NCBI GenBank assembly: GCA_963727825.1
Contig: CAVSHO010000002.1
Span: 1-48,633, forward strand
Direction: 5' to 3'
Length of the DNA: 48,633 bases
Source of the DNA: Ignavibacteriota bacterium
GTDB taxonomy: Bacteria > Bacteroidota > Ignavibacteria > UBA10030
Shown: one piece after another, positions 9,082 through 20,301 of the stretch
How the letters are laid out: the number at the start of each line of letters is the position of its first letter
Numbering within the stretch: the stretch's first letter is position 1
The notes under the pieces: model-generated
Seen by the model: the letters and a program-made list of their open reading frames with translations, nothing else
Told to the model about the DNA's origin: nothing
Database searches by the model: none
Program-made: the position numbers and the translations under genes

Positions 9082-12000
9082 ATGCTGCAATTCTTTAAAA
9101 ATCTATTTGGTTCTAAACACGAACGTGATGTAGAGGATTTATATCCCGTAGTTGATGAAATTAATTCACACATGGCCTCGATTCAAAAGCTTACTGACGA
9201 AGAACTTCGGGAAAAAACCACAGAATTTCGCCAAAGAATACACGATCGTACAAAAGATATTGAAGAAGAAATTGCTCAGATAAAAGAAACGCTGAAGCAA
9301 TCGAAATCTTTCGAAGAACATGAATTACTATATACAAAGATTGATGAACTGAATAAACGACTTGACGAAGAGATTGCAACAGTCCTGGATGAAATTCTCC
9401 CAGAGGCTTTTGCAGTCGTAAAAGATACTTGCAGGCGGCTTGTAGGACAAACATGGGATGTCGCGGGTACTAAAGTTGTTTGGGATATGGTGCCGTTTGA
9501 TGTACAGCTCATGGGCGGTGTTGTTCTACACAAGGGAAAAATTGCAGAAATGGCAACTGGTGAAGGGAAAACTCTAGTAGCCACAATGCCGACATATCTT
9601 AATGCACTATCAGGACGCGGCGTTCATATTGTCACCGTAAACGATTACCTTGCGCTCCGTGATAGTTTGTGGATGGGAAAGGTGTTTGAATTTTTAGGTC
9701 TAAAGGTAGCCTGCATTCTACAAAACATGGATCCCCACCAGCGGCGCATTCAATATGCAGCTGATATAACATACGGCACAAATAATGAATTTGGCTTTGA
9801 CTATCTGCGCGATAATATGGTAGTAAATGCAGAAGAAATGGTTCAGCGCCCCTATAACTACGCCATAGTAGATGAAGTTGATTCGGTGCTGATTGACGAA
9901 GCACGAACGCCTCTTATTATTAGCGGGCCTGTTGCTAGCGAAGATCACAAGTTTGATGAAATGAAACCGTATGTCGAACGGTTAGTCAGAGCACAGCAGA
10001 ATTATGTTGCTAAGATTACAGCTGATGCAGAATTATTCTTGCAGCAAAACAGAGTTGAAGAAGCAGGCGTTCAAATGCTACGCGCGCAGCGTGGTTTGCC
10101 GAAGAATAAGAAACTTTTAAAACTTTTTGCCGAACCATCTAACAAAACGCTCACACAAAAAACTGAACATGAGTATATGCAGGATCAAAGTGCAAGAATG
10201 CACGAGATTGATGATGAATTGTATTTTAGCATCGATGAAAAATCTCATCTTGTTGATCTTACCGAAAAAGGAAGAGACTTTCTCGCGAAGGAGTATCCCG
10301 GCAATAATAAAGATTTGTTTGTCATTCCAGACATAGGAACTGAATTAAGTATGATAGAAGGCGACACATCGCTTTCTGTCGAAGAAAAGCAGAAACGAAA
10401 AGACGACGCAAATAAATTATTTGCAGATCGGAATGATCGAATTCATACAATTCATCAGCTTCTGAAAGCATACGCACTTTACGAGAAAGACGTTGAGTAT
10501 GTTGTATCCGAAGACGGTAAAATTATGATTGTGGATGAATTCACAGGCCGTCTTTTATCTGGAAGACGATATTCAGAAGGATTGCATCAAGCGATAGAAG
10601 CAAAAGAAGGCGTTAAAGTTGAACGTGACACTCAAACATTGGCAACTGTAACACTTCAAAATTATTTTAGAATGTACAAGAAACTAGCCGGTATGACAGG
10701 TACTGCCGAAACCGAAGCAGGCGAGTTCTTTGATATCTACAAGCTCGATGTAGTTGTTATTCCGACAAATCAACCGATGATTCGTGAAGATCATGATGAT
10801 CAAGTCTACAAGACTAGACGAGAAAAGTATAATGCAGTTATTGCTGAAGTTGAAGAAATGCGAAAAATTCAACGGCCTATATTAGTTGGAACAACAAGCG
10901 TAGATGTTTCAGAAACCATCAGCAGAATGCTTAAGCGTAAAGGCATCCCGCACAATGTGTTGAATGCGAAACAGCATCAACGTGAAGCAGAAGTAGTTGC
11001 ACACGCCGGTTTGCCAGGCGCTGTAACAATATCTACAAATATGGCTGGACGCGGTACAGACATCAAGCTTGGTCCGGGAGTTAAAGATATCGGTGGATTG
11101 CATATTTTAGGAACCGAACGTCACGAAGCACGACGCATTGATAGGCAATTGCGCGGACGTGCAGGACGTCAAGGCGATCCGGGTTCATCACGTTTTTATC
11201 TTTCACTGGAGGACGATTTAATGCGTTTGTTCGGAAGCGAACGAATTGCAAAAATTATGGAGCGGATGGGCTTGAAAGAGGGAGAGGTTATCCAACATCC
11301 GATGATCACACGATCTGTCGAACGGGCACAGCGAAAAGTTGAAGAGAACAACTACGGCATCCGGAAGCGCTTGTTGGAATATGACGATGTGATGAACCAG
11401 CAGCGCGAAGTAATTTATGCCCGTAGGCGTCATGCTTTAATAGGCGAACATATACGAGATGATATTTTTGATATGCTGCGTGATTCTGTTGACAAATTGG
11501 TGCAAGCATATTATTCCGAAGGTGACATTGAGGAGCTGCGAAATGAAGTTCGTGCACGCTTCCTTACCGATTTGAAAATGACACCGGAACAGTTCCAATC
11601 ACTTGGCGAAACAGGTGTCGCAGATGAAATCATAAAAGCTACAGAGGAATTTTATCTCCGTAAAGAGGAACAAATTGGCGCCGAATTCATGACGATGCTC
11701 GAAAAGATGGCGATGCTACAAGTGATTGATAATAAATGGCGCGATCATCTTCGCGAAATGGATGACCTTAAGGAAGGTATTCACTTACGCGGTTATGGAC
11801 AAAAAGATCCATTGGTTGAATACAAAAGTGAAGCCTTCAAAATGTTTATTGAGTTGATGGAATTTATTGCGTCCGATGTGTTAAATATGGTTTTCAAATT
11901 ATATCCAGAGCGACCTGAGCAGATGCCAATGCAGCGCGGACGACGGCAAACACGCCGCGAAGATATGGTATTAACTCATGATTCCGCCGCAGGTGCGGGA

Positions 12001-12168
12001 TTTGCAGCGAATAAAGAACCTGCTGCTTCAGGTGACGGGCAACAAAGAGCGCAGCAGCCACAAAGCAGTCAAAGAGTGCAGCAAATTCGTGTTGGCCCTA
12101 AAATTGGAAGAAATGATCCTTGCCCATGTGGAAGCGGCAAGAAGTATAAGAATTGCCACGGCGGATAA
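9082..12168 (+). CDS. secA: Preprotein translocase ATPase SecA
   Basis: [41 protein letters not shown]-terminal [13 protein letters not shown]. Confidence 0.99.
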   Translation: MLQFFKNLFGSKHERDVEDLYPVVDEINSHMASIQKLTDEELREKTTEFRQRIHDRTKDIEEEIAQIKETLKQSKSFEEHELLYTKIDELNKRLDEEIATVLDEILPEAFAVVKDTCRRLVGQTWDVAGTKVVWDMVPFDVQLMGGVVLHKGKIAEMATGEGKTLVATMPTYLNALSGRGVHIVTVNDYLALRDSLWMGKVFEFLGLKVACILQNMDPHQRRIQYAADITYGTNNEFGFDYLRDNMVVNAEEMVQRPYNYAIVDEVDSVLIDEARTPLIISGPVASEDHKFDEMKPYVERLVRAQQNYVAKITADAELFLQQNRVEEAGVQMLRAQRGLPKNKKLLKLFAEPSNKTLTQKTEHEYMQDQSARMHEIDDELYFSIDEKSHLVDLTEKGRDFLAKEYPGNNKDLFVIPDIGTELSMIEGDTSLSVEEKQKRKDDANKLFADRNDRIHTIHQLLKAYALYEKDVEYVVSEDGKIMIVDEFTGRLLSGRRYSEGLHQAIEAKEGVKVERDTQTLATVTLQNYFRMYKKLAGMTGTAETEAGEFFDIYKLDVVVIPTNQPMIREDHDDQVYKTRREKYNAVIAEVEEMRKIQRPILVGTTSVDVSETISRMLKRKGIPHNVLNAKQHQREAEVVAHAGLPGAVTISTNMAGRGTDIKLGPGVKDIGGLHILGTERHEARRIDRQLRGRAGRQGDPGSSRFYLSLEDDLMRLFGSERIAKIMERMGLKEGEVIQHPMITRSVERAQRKVEENNYGIRKRLLEYDDVMNQQREVIYARRRHALIGEHIRDDIFDMLRDSVDKLVQAYYSEGDIEELRNEVRARFLTDLKMTPEQFQSLGETGVADEIIKATEEFYLRKEEQIGAEFMTMLEKMAMLQVIDNKWRDHLREMDDLKEGIHLRGYGQKDPLVEYKSEAFKMFIELMEFIASDVLNMVFKLYPERPEQMPMQRGRRQTRREDMVLTHDSAAGAGFAANKEPAASGDGQQRAQQPQSSQRVQQIRVGPKIGRNDPCPCGSGKKYKNCHGG

Positions 12169-12250
12169 TTGAAAATTAAAGAATGATGTGGAAATGCCGT
12201 GTGATTTTTATGAGTCGGATCGATAAATTAATTAAAAAATGTGTCATTTT

Positions 12251-12285
12251 AGCGTTCTGTCAGTAAATTGACGGAGCGCTTTTTT
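12251..12285 (+). terminator. Rho-independent terminator-like hairpin between secA and era
   Basis: AGCGTTCTGTCA-GTAAAT-TGACGGAGCGCT (12-bp stem with 2 G-U pairs) followed by a T run. Confidence 0.7.
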
Positions 12286-12295
12286 GTCAAGAAAT

Positions 12296-13207
12296 ATGGA
12301 AACAATAAAAGCAAATTATAAAGCCGGTTACGTTGCTATTGTTGGTGAACCAAATGTTGGGAAATCCACGCTTCTAAATGCCTTATTGGAGCAAAAGATT
12401 TCAATCGTTACAAAAAAACCACAGACAACCCGCCAGCGTGTGCTCGGAATTCTCAGCAGGGAAGATGCACAAATTGTTTTTTTGGATACACCCGGATTAC
12501 TTAAGCCAAAATATCTTCTGCATAAGGAAATGGTTAAGTGCGCCGAAAGCGCTCTTGCGGAAGCAGATGTTGTTCTCGTTATGACACAAACATCATGCGG
12601 GACTGAATTGCCAATCGAAGTTAGCGAACGTATTATTCCGCTATGCAAAACAAAGCCTGTGCTTCTAATAATTAACAAAGCGGATAAAATCAATAAAGCA
12701 GATCTATTGCCGATTATAGAAACATTCGCTAACCAAAATTATTTCAAAGAGATTATTCCTATTTCAGCTTTGCGGCATGATAATATGGATGCCGTAATAC
12801 AATCGTTAATTAAGTACTTACCAGAACATGAAGCTTATTATCCGCAAGATATAGTCAGCGAGTCACCAGAGCGGTTCTTCGTTGCAGAATTAATTAGAGA
12901 GCAGTTGTTTGAAAAGTTTAGTGAGGAGATTCCGTATTCCACAGCAGTGGAGATTCATGAATTTAAGGAACGAGAGACCGGTAAAACTCTAATTAGTGCC
13001 GACATTATTGTAGAGCGTGAATCACAAAAGGGAATCGTCATCGGCAAAAAAGGAGGAGCACTTAAAAGTGTCGGAACATCTGCGCGAATACAAATCGAGG
13101 AATTATTGCAGCATAAGGTGTTCCTGGAACTTCATGTGAAGGTACGGGAAAAGTGGCGGGAGAGCGAAGCTATGCTGCGCCAGCTTGGTTATAACAGTCA
13201 GAAATAA
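12296..13207 (+). CDS. era: GTPase Era
   Basis: GEPNVGKS, PQTTR, DTPG, NKAD, KH domain EEIPYS...SQKGIVIGKKG; ATG at 12296 preferred over TTG at 12284. Confidence 0.97.
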   Translation: METIKANYKAGYVAIVGEPNVGKSTLLNALLEQKISIVTKKPQTTRQRVLGILSREDAQIVFLDTPGLLKPKYLLHKEMVKCAESALAEADVVLVMTQTSCGTELPIEVSERIIPLCKTKPVLLIINKADKINKADLLPIIETFANQNYFKEIIPISALRHDNMDAVIQSLIKYLPEHEAYYPQDIVSESPERFFVAELIREQLFEKFSEEIPYSTAVEIHEFKERETGKTLISADIIVERESQKGIVIGKKGGALKSVGTSARIQIEELLQHKVFLELHVKVREKWRESEAMLRQLGYNSQK

Positions 13208-13219
13208 TTAGATCAGCCA

Positions 13220-14137
13220 ATGTCGCTTCGACTGAAAGTATTGTTTGGTTTTGTTGTCATCTGCCTAATCTGGGGATCATCTTGGGCAGCAGTAAAAATT
13301 GGTATTGAGTCTGTCCCGCCGCTTCTTTCTCTTGGAATTCGTTTAACTCTAGCAAGCGTTATCCTCGGATTAATTGTTTTAAAGAAGCATTTCGCGGTAC
13401 CAAAAGGGAAAAAGTTCTGGATGCTGGTACTTATTATGTGTTTGGCATCGTTTACAATTCCATTTGTACTTATCTATTGGGGGCAACTTAAAGTAGGTTC
13501 CGGGCTTGCCTCTGTTCTCTTTGCTACTTATCCTTTTTGGGTTGCAATAGTCTCGCATTTCCTACTTCCCAACGAAAAGATCAAGCTTATTAGAATAATT
13601 GGAATAGTGATCGGATTTCTTGGTGTGATTTTTATATTTAACAATGAATTTTATATAGTCAATCTCAGAATGTTTTATAGTATGGCCGCTATAATCGTAG
13701 GTGCAATCATTCAGGCTTTTGGTTTAGTATATTTGCGGCGGTTAGGCGAAGATGCACATCCTGTAACGCTAAATTTCTGTTCTATGTCTTTAAGTGCCTT
13801 GCCATTATTTGCTGCAAGTATGATCTTTGAAGATTATTCAAATATAATTTTCAACGTACAATCTATCGGATCTATTCTATATCTTTCAATATTTTGTACT
13901 GTAATCACATTTGTAATTTACTTTTGGTTAGTAAAGCACGTTGAAGCCGTTATTCTATCTCTTTCAGCATTCATTACACCAGTCATTGCTGTTGTTATTG
14001 GTGTTATAGTAATGGGAGAAAAAATCACAAACGATGTGTATATAGGATCAGCACTTGTCTTGATCGGTGTTGCATTTGCATCAATAGGTGATATCTTTGC
14101 TTTATATCGACGAGAAGTTGCAAAAGAGTATCGGTAA
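13220..14137 (+). CDS. EamA/DMT family transporter
   Basis: IWGSSW, about 10 TM helices, duplicated EamA pattern (PNEK / MGEK). Confidence 0.9.
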   Translation: MSLRLKVLFGFVVICLIWGSSWAAVKIGIESVPPLLSLGIRLTLASVILGLIVLKKHFAVPKGKKFWMLVLIMCLASFTIPFVLIYWGQLKVGSGLASVLFATYPFWVAIVSHFLLPNEKIKLIRIIGIVIGFLGVIFIFNNEFYIVNLRMFYSMAAIIVGAIIQAFGLVYLRRLGEDAHPVTLNFCSMSLSALPLFAASMIFEDYSNIIFNVQSIGSILYLSIFCTVITFVIYFWLVKHVEAVILSLSAFITPVIAVVIGVIVMGEKITNDVYIGSALVLIGVAFASIGDIFALYRREVAKEYR

Positions 14138-14212
14138 GCTATCAATTATTTAATGGCATTATTTTAGAATAAATTTTCGCTATATCATCATAATTTATTT
14201 ATATCTGATAAG

Positions 14213-16072
14213 ATGGCTAATTCATCGATCACACTTTCTAATGTAGATCTCTCATTGATTGAAAAGATCGAAGCACTCCCAACTAAACCAGGTGTGTATC
14301 AGTTTAAGAATAATGATGGTAGAGTTATATATGTTGGTAAAGCGCAAAACCTACGAAATCGTGTTCGGCAATACTTCCATGAATCTCGACAGGTTGATCC
14401 ACGAATCGATGCCATGGTTTCTAAAATAGTCGATGTTGAACTCACAGTTACGGATAGTGAAATCGAAGCACTTATTCTTGAAGCTAATTTGATCAAGCAG
14501 CTCAAACCGCGTTATAATGTCCTTTTGAAAGATGATAAAAGTTATCCTTATATTGCTATTACAAAAGAGCCTTTCCCACGTGTTTATGTGACCCGTCGCA
14601 AAACATCAGCTGCTTATTACTTTGGTCCTTATACTGATGTAAAATCTATGCGAAATGCGCTTAAAACAGTGCGATCTCTTTTTATGGTTCGAAGTTGCAA
14701 TCTCGATTTGACCGAAGAGTCAATCAAGAAGAATAAATTTAAAGTGTGTCTTGATTATCACATCATGAAATGTGAGGGCCCATGTGAAGGATATGTTTCA
14801 CAGGGGCATTATAATGCGTTAATTGATCAGGCTGCACAAGTTCTTCGTGGAAGAACAAAAAGCGTAATTGAATCATTAAAAAAAGAAATGGATTCTCTTG
14901 CCGATGCATCACAATTTGAAAAAGCGGCTATAGTTCGGGATCGCATGAATGCTCTAAGCGTGTATTCAGAAAAGCAAAAGATAGTGGATTCAACAGAAGC
15001 AGATCGTGATCTCATTGCTCTTGTTTCTAAAGAAGATGATGCTTGTGCAGTCATTTTCAAGGTGAGAGAGGGTAAAATGATTGGGAGTCAGCATATTTAT
15101 CTCTCAAATACATCTGGAAAGCCTCTTAGTGAGCTATTAGAGGCTGTCCTTGAGCGTTATTATCTTGAACAAGAAGATATTGCCCCTGATTTGTTTTTAT
15201 CAGCTGAAATGAGCAATAAAGAGATAATTCAAAAATGGTTAGAAAATAAGAGCGGTCATTCAGTTAATCTGCAATTTCCAAAATCGAGTGAAAAAGAAAA
15301 ACTTATCGCGCTGGTGCGTACAAATGCACAGTTTTGGTTAGATGAATTGGAATTAATGAGACTCAAGCGCGGGGATATTATACCTAATTCGCTCAAAGCA
15401 CTTCAACGGGATCTTCATTTATCTGCACCGCCTCGAAGAATTGAATGTTTTGATATTTCCAATATTCAAGGGTCGGACACTGTCGCTTCACTTGTCGTAT
15501 TTGCAGATGGAAAACCAAAGAAAAGCGAATATCGAAAGTTCAGAATCCGCACGGTTGAGGGTCCAAATGATTTCGCTAGCATGCAAGAAGTCGTTGAGCG
15601 AAGATATGCAAGACTGCTTCAGGAGAAGAACATCTTGCCTGATCTCATAATGGTTGATGGAGGAAAAGGCCAACTCTCTAGTGCAATTGAAGTACTGTGC
15701 AAATTAGAATTAAGTACGGTGCCGATTATTGGTTTAGCAAAACGGCTTGAAGAAGTATTTCTGCCTAACCAGAACGAACCAGTTCAATTGCCCCGGACTT
15801 CATCGGGACTCCGGTTGATGCAGCAAATTAGAGACGAGGCTCATAGATTCGCAGTAACATTTCATCGCTCTGTACGAGAAAAGAGAATAATTCAAACGGA
15901 GCTTGATTTGATTGACGGCGTTGGAAAAAAACGGGCTGAAAAACTCCTGAAAACATTTAGCTCTATACAAGGTGTTCAAGTTGCGACAGAAGAACAACTC
16001 ATCGCAATTGTTGGCAAAACGATTGCCATGAATATTTTAAAATATTTTAATGATTTAAAAAGCAACACATAG
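14213..16072 (+). CDS. uvrC: Excinuclease ABC subunit C
   Basis: GIY-YIG (PGVYQF..IYVGKA), RIECFDISN, DGGKGQL, RDEAHRFA, HhH. Confidence 0.98.
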   Translation: MANSSITLSNVDLSLIEKIEALPTKPGVYQFKNNDGRVIYVGKAQNLRNRVRQYFHESRQVDPRIDAMVSKIVDVELTVTDSEIEALILEANLIKQLKPRYNVLLKDDKSYPYIAITKEPFPRVYVTRRKTSAAYYFGPYTDVKSMRNALKTVRSLFMVRSCNLDLTEESIKKNKFKVCLDYHIMKCEGPCEGYVSQGHYNALIDQAAQVLRGRTKSVIESLKKEMDSLADASQFEKAAIVRDRMNALSVYSEKQKIVDSTEADRDLIALVSKEDDACAVIFKVREGKMIGSQHIYLSNTSGKPLSELLEAVLERYYLEQEDIAPDLFLSAEMSNKEIIQKWLENKSGHSVNLQFPKSSEKEKLIALVRTNAQFWLDELELMRLKRGDIIPNSLKALQRDLHLSAPPRRIECFDISNIQGSDTVASLVVFADGKPKKSEYRKFRIRTVEGPNDFASMQEVVERRYARLLQEKNILPDLIMVDGGKGQLSSAIEVLCKLELSTVPIIGLAKRLEEVFLPNQNEPVQLPRTSSGLRLMQQIRDEAHRFAVTFHRSVREKRIIQTELDLIDGVGKKRAEKLLKTFSSIQGVQVATEEQLIAIVGKTIAMNILKYFNDLKSNT

Positions 16073-16148
16073 CAAAGATACCACAATATTAATACAGCTT
16101 TTTCAATAAATTGCGATTCGGACGATTTAATCGTACGTTAAAAATACT

Positions 16149-17981
16149 ATGAGTCCTTCAACAACTTTTCTGCGCATCCTGAAATATTTTTTCAAGTATA
16201 AATGGCGCGTTTTCGCCGGTTTGTTATCCGTTGCGATCATGAGCTCTGCCGATACTGCTTCAGCATTTCTTTATGCAAGATTTATCAAAATTCTTCAAGA
16301 AATCAGCCAGCAGGTGAGTGCAGTTCGGGAAATAGATATTCAAGGCACTCTTGATTTCTTCAACAAAACGATTTACGCGTTCGCGGTTCACGGAAAACAA
16401 GAGAGTTTTGAATTGATTTATAAATTTGCACTTGTGGTTATCATAATCATTATGATAAAGGTAATTTTTGTTTATGTGCGTGAATATCTCATGAGTTCTG
16501 TTCAACAAAAGATAATGATGCGGTTTAGAATTGAATTGTTCGGACGTATTGTAGTTCTGCCGATTAAATACTTCGACGAGAATAAGACCGGTTATATCAT
16601 GTCCCGCATCACGAACGATGTGAACAATATCGAACAGTCAATCATGCTTATCGTCGAAATGGCGCAGAACATTGTCTATACATTTATATATACCGTGGCA
16701 TTGTTTTATACAAACTGGCCGTTGACAATTGTGACAATTCTTATTTTTACTTTTTCCGGGGAGATCTCGCGCAAATTTGGCGATAAGATTCGTTCGTATA
16801 GCCATTCACTCACGAACACACTGGCGGAAATCTCTGCGTTCATCCAGGAACGAATATCAGGAATACGCATAGTGAAATCTTTCACGAGAGAAGAAAAAGA
16901 AAATAAATCTTTTAAACAGAAAGTGGAATCCAATTATCATTATTCAATGAAAATAGTTCGTGTCATAGCATTGCTGAGCCCAACGAATGAATTATTCAAT
17001 ACAGCAGCTACTTCATTGCTTGTGATATTCTGCGGCTATCTTTTTGTTCAAGGAACAATGACCATTGAGACGATGATTGCATTTCTTATTTTAGTAAATT
17101 TTGTTGCAAAACCTGTAAAAGCTTTGGGCGAGAGTGTGGCAAGGATTCAAAAAACCATTGTTTCCGCAAGCTATATATTCGAAATCCTTGATCTGCCAAA
17201 GGAATCTGACCAGAAGACAACCCATCCCATTACGATTGCTAACGGGGCAGTAGAATACCGAAATGTGTCATTTTCGTATAACAATGATATTCAAGCATTG
17301 AAAGACATCAATGTTCAGGTGAGAGGCGGCGAAAAGATAGCGCTTGTTGGGCCAAGTGGGGGTGGGAAAAGCACCTTCGTCAACATGATACCCAGATTCT
17401 ATGAAGCTCAAAAAGGGAATATTTATATTGATAGAATTGATATACAGGACGTGGACCTATATTCACTAAGAAGTCAGATAGCCATTGTTCCACAAGATGT
17501 AATTCTTTTTTCGGGAACAGTATTTACTAATATTCAATACGGTAGATTAGAAGCGACAAGAGAAGAAGTGTTGCGAGCTGCACGAGACGCTAATGCGCAT
17601 GATTTCATTGAAAAACTAGAAAAAGGATATGACACAGAGGTAGGTGAGAGAGGGCTGCAACTTTCCGGCGGCCAACGACAGCGTATAGCTATCGCACGGG
17701 CAATCCTTCGCAACCCGCGAATCTTATTATTAGATGAAGCTACATCATCATTAGATACAGAATCTGAATTAATGGTGAAAGATGCATTAGATCGACTTAT
17801 GGAAGGACGGACTTCTTTTGTCATTGCTCACAGACTTTCAACTATTGCTAATTGTGATAGAATCATCGTACTTGACGCAGGCAGAATTGTTGAAATAGGA
17901 ACGCACGAGGAACTTCTTTCTAAAGAAAGCGGATTATATCGACGCCTTCACACACTCCAATTTGATGAAAATCCTTCTTGA
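16149..17981 (+). CDS. MsbA-like ABC exporter (fused TMD and NBD)
   Basis: GPSGGGKS, LSGGQRQR, LLDEATS; heads the LPS gene cluster. Confidence 0.88.
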   Translation: MSPSTTFLRILKYFFKYKWRVFAGLLSVAIMSSADTASAFLYARFIKILQEISQQVSAVREIDIQGTLDFFNKTIYAFAVHGKQESFELIYKFALVVIIIIMIKVIFVYVREYLMSSVQQKIMMRFRIELFGRIVVLPIKYFDENKTGYIMSRITNDVNNIEQSIMLIVEMAQNIVYTFIYTVALFYTNWPLTIVTILIFTFSGEISRKFGDKIRSYSHSLTNTLAEISAFIQERISGIRIVKSFTREEKENKSFKQKVESNYHYSMKIVRVIALLSPTNELFNTAATSLLVIFCGYLFVQGTMTIETMIAFLILVNFVAKPVKALGESVARIQKTIVSASYIFEILDLPKESDQKTTHPITIANGAVEYRNVSFSYNNDIQALKDINVQVRGGEKIALVGPSGGGKSTFVNMIPRFYEAQKGNIYIDRIDIQDVDLYSLRSQIAIVPQDVILFSGTVFTNIQYGRLEATREEVLRAARDANAHDFIEKLEKGYDTEVGERGLQLSGGQRQRIAIARAILRNPRILLLDEATSSLDTESELMVKDALDRLMEGRTSFVIAHRLSTIANCDRIIVLDAGRIVEIGTHEELLSKESGLYRRLHTLQFDENPS

Positions 17982-19089
17982 ATGAGAGACTCATTTTTAA
18001 AGCGCATTGAAATACTGTTACGCCGATTCATAATTATTATGCTTGGATTCTTCGTGCGTAGACGAAATCTGTCGTCGAATACTATTGATTATAATTCAAG
18101 TAAAATTCTCTTCATTAGACAAGATAGAATCGGTGATGTCCTCATTTCTACTCCAATATTTACCTCAATCAAATCTCATTATCCTTCAGCCATTGTCGAC
18201 GTCCTTTTAAGCGAGAATAACTATTTCGTATTAATGAATGACCCATTAATACGCAAACGATGGATATTATCAAAAAAGGTTGAATAAGATAATTTCATTA
18301 GTGAAATCTATTCGAAAAGAAAAATATGACTTTGCCGTAGATATGATGGATAATCCATCAGTTACATCGACTATTCTTTGCTTGTTATTAGGGGCTCGCT
18401 GGAATGTTGGCATTACCAAGGACAACAATTATGTCTATGATATTAGAGTGCCCATGCTCTCTCGACGTGAGACACATATTGTTAATCGGATCACACAATT
18501 GCTGATTCCGTTTCATATTAATCCGCAAAATGAAAAATTATCCATCCGATATTTTACATCATCGGAATCGGATAACTTTGCAGAGAAGTTTCTTTCAGCT
18601 AATCGATTATGTAAAAATCCATTGATTGGCATAAATATCTCTGCAGGCGGGAAGGCTCGTTTTTGGGGTATTAATAATTATCGTGCGCTCCTTTCTTTTA
18701 TGATAAAGAAATATCCAGAGCTTTGCCCAATCCTTTTGTATCAGCCATCCGATAAAGAGGAAGCAACTAAGATAGTTGAAGATAATAAAAATGTAGTTCT
18801 TTCACCTCTCACTGAAACATTTGATCAATTTGCGGCTTTCATAAAAAGGCTCACATTTCTTATATCTCCTGATACGTCTGCTATACATTTAGCATCGGCA
18901 TTTGGAATTCCATCAGTTGTGCTTTACGTACAATCGAATAAAGGTCTACGAATTTGGGAACCATATAATATTGAATATGAAACACTTATAACTGATATCG
19001 ATATTCTTTCAACCATACCATTGTCAAGCGTTGAAGCAGCATTTGAACGTCTTTTTGCAAGAACAAACAGGCTACATATACATATATAG
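17982..19089 (+). pseudogene. GT9 heptosyltransferase-family gene split by a +1 frameshift near 18266-18277 (likely sequencing error)
   Basis: RQDRIGDVL in ORF 17982-18287; SPDTSAIHLASA in ORF 18280-19089. Confidence 0.85.
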
Positions 19090-19106
19090 AAATAAATGTT
19101 ATAAGT

Positions 19107-20252
19107 ATGTTTAAATTTGTCAAAACATTAGAGTCTGTTTGGCGCCATAAGTTTGTTTACCCCCTGCTTCGTATTTTTATTCATAATCCACAAATTGATG
19201 TGCCAATTGATATATTGTCTATCAAGAAACTCTTGATTTTGCGTTATGACAGAATTGGAGATATGATTATAACTACGCCAATATTCCGAAACTTGAAACA
19301 AATAAATCCTAAACTTAAGATTGGAGTATTCGCAAATAAGATAAATGCAGAAATTATCCATAACAATCCTTACATAGATGCAATTTACATAACGCATACA
19401 AATTGGTTATTGTTGATTAGGGAAATATGGAAAGTCAAATCCGAAGGATATGATGTCGTAATCAATTTCATATTTAACCGAACAACGACTTGTAGCATTT
19501 TAGCAAATATCATCTGCCCATCTGGAATTAAAATAGGAGAGGGGTTTGAAAAACACAAATTCTATTATAACAGGCTATTAAAATTGCCAAGATCATCTGG
19601 ACATATGATTGAAACTCTTATCTTATTTGTCAAAGAAGCTTTTGGGGAAAAAATAGATCCAGACAAGTCGTCATTTGATATATTTGTCGATGACAACACG
19701 AAAAATAAGGTATTAAAGTACTTGCAACAGAATGGTTTGCAATCACGATACCATTTGAATTATGCACTTACTTCCTATATAGTTTTTAATTTATCTGCAA
19801 CTGACAGAGATAGAAGAATATCTGCTGAGCAAGCTTATTCAATCGGGAGTTATCTGGGTTCAAAGGCTTCCTTTCGCACACTTCTTCTTTTTGCCCCCAA
19901 TGATTCTTTGATGCTTTCAGTCAAACAAGAACTTGTTAAGAACACAAAATGCCTATCATTTCCAGAGCAAGGCAATGCCTCTTTACTTGAAATTGCCGCA
20001 CTCATTGAAGGAGCTATTGCAGTGATTACACCTGATACATCTATCATTCATTTCGCATCAGCAACAAAGACTCCTGTTATTGGATTTTATACACAATTAC
20101 AGCGAACACATGAATGGCTGCCTTATCAAGTAAAAAGTAGAATAGTATTTTCTTCTGAAAATGAACCAACAAGCACGATTCCTATCCCTAAAATGATACA
20201 TGCAATTGATAATTTTATTAATGAACTTGATATAGATCTGCTAAATAAATAA
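19107..20252 (+). CDS. GT9 glycosyltransferase
   Basis: RYDRIGDMI and TPDTSIIHFASA motifs. Confidence 0.9.
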   Translation: MFKFVKTLESVWRHKFVYPLLRIFIHNPQIDVPIDILSIKKLLILRYDRIGDMIITTPIFRNLKQINPKLKIGVFANKINAEIIHNNPYIDAIYITHTNWLLLIREIWKVKSEGYDVVINFIFNRTTTCSILANIICPSGIKIGEGFEKHKFYYNRLLKLPRSSGHMIETLILFVKEAFGEKIDPDKSSFDIFVDDNTKNKVLKYLQQNGLQSRYHLNYALTSYIVFNLSATDRDRRISAEQAYSIGSYLGSKASFRTLLLFAPNDSLMLSVKQELVKNTKCLSFPEQGNASLLEIAALIEGAIAVITPDTSIIHFASATKTPVIGFYTQLQRTHEWLPYQVKSRIVFSSENEPTSTIPIPKMIHAIDNFINELDIDLLNK

Positions 20253-20301
20253 ATATATTGCATTAATCTTATTCATTTATACTAAATAAAGAACATCACA
20301 T

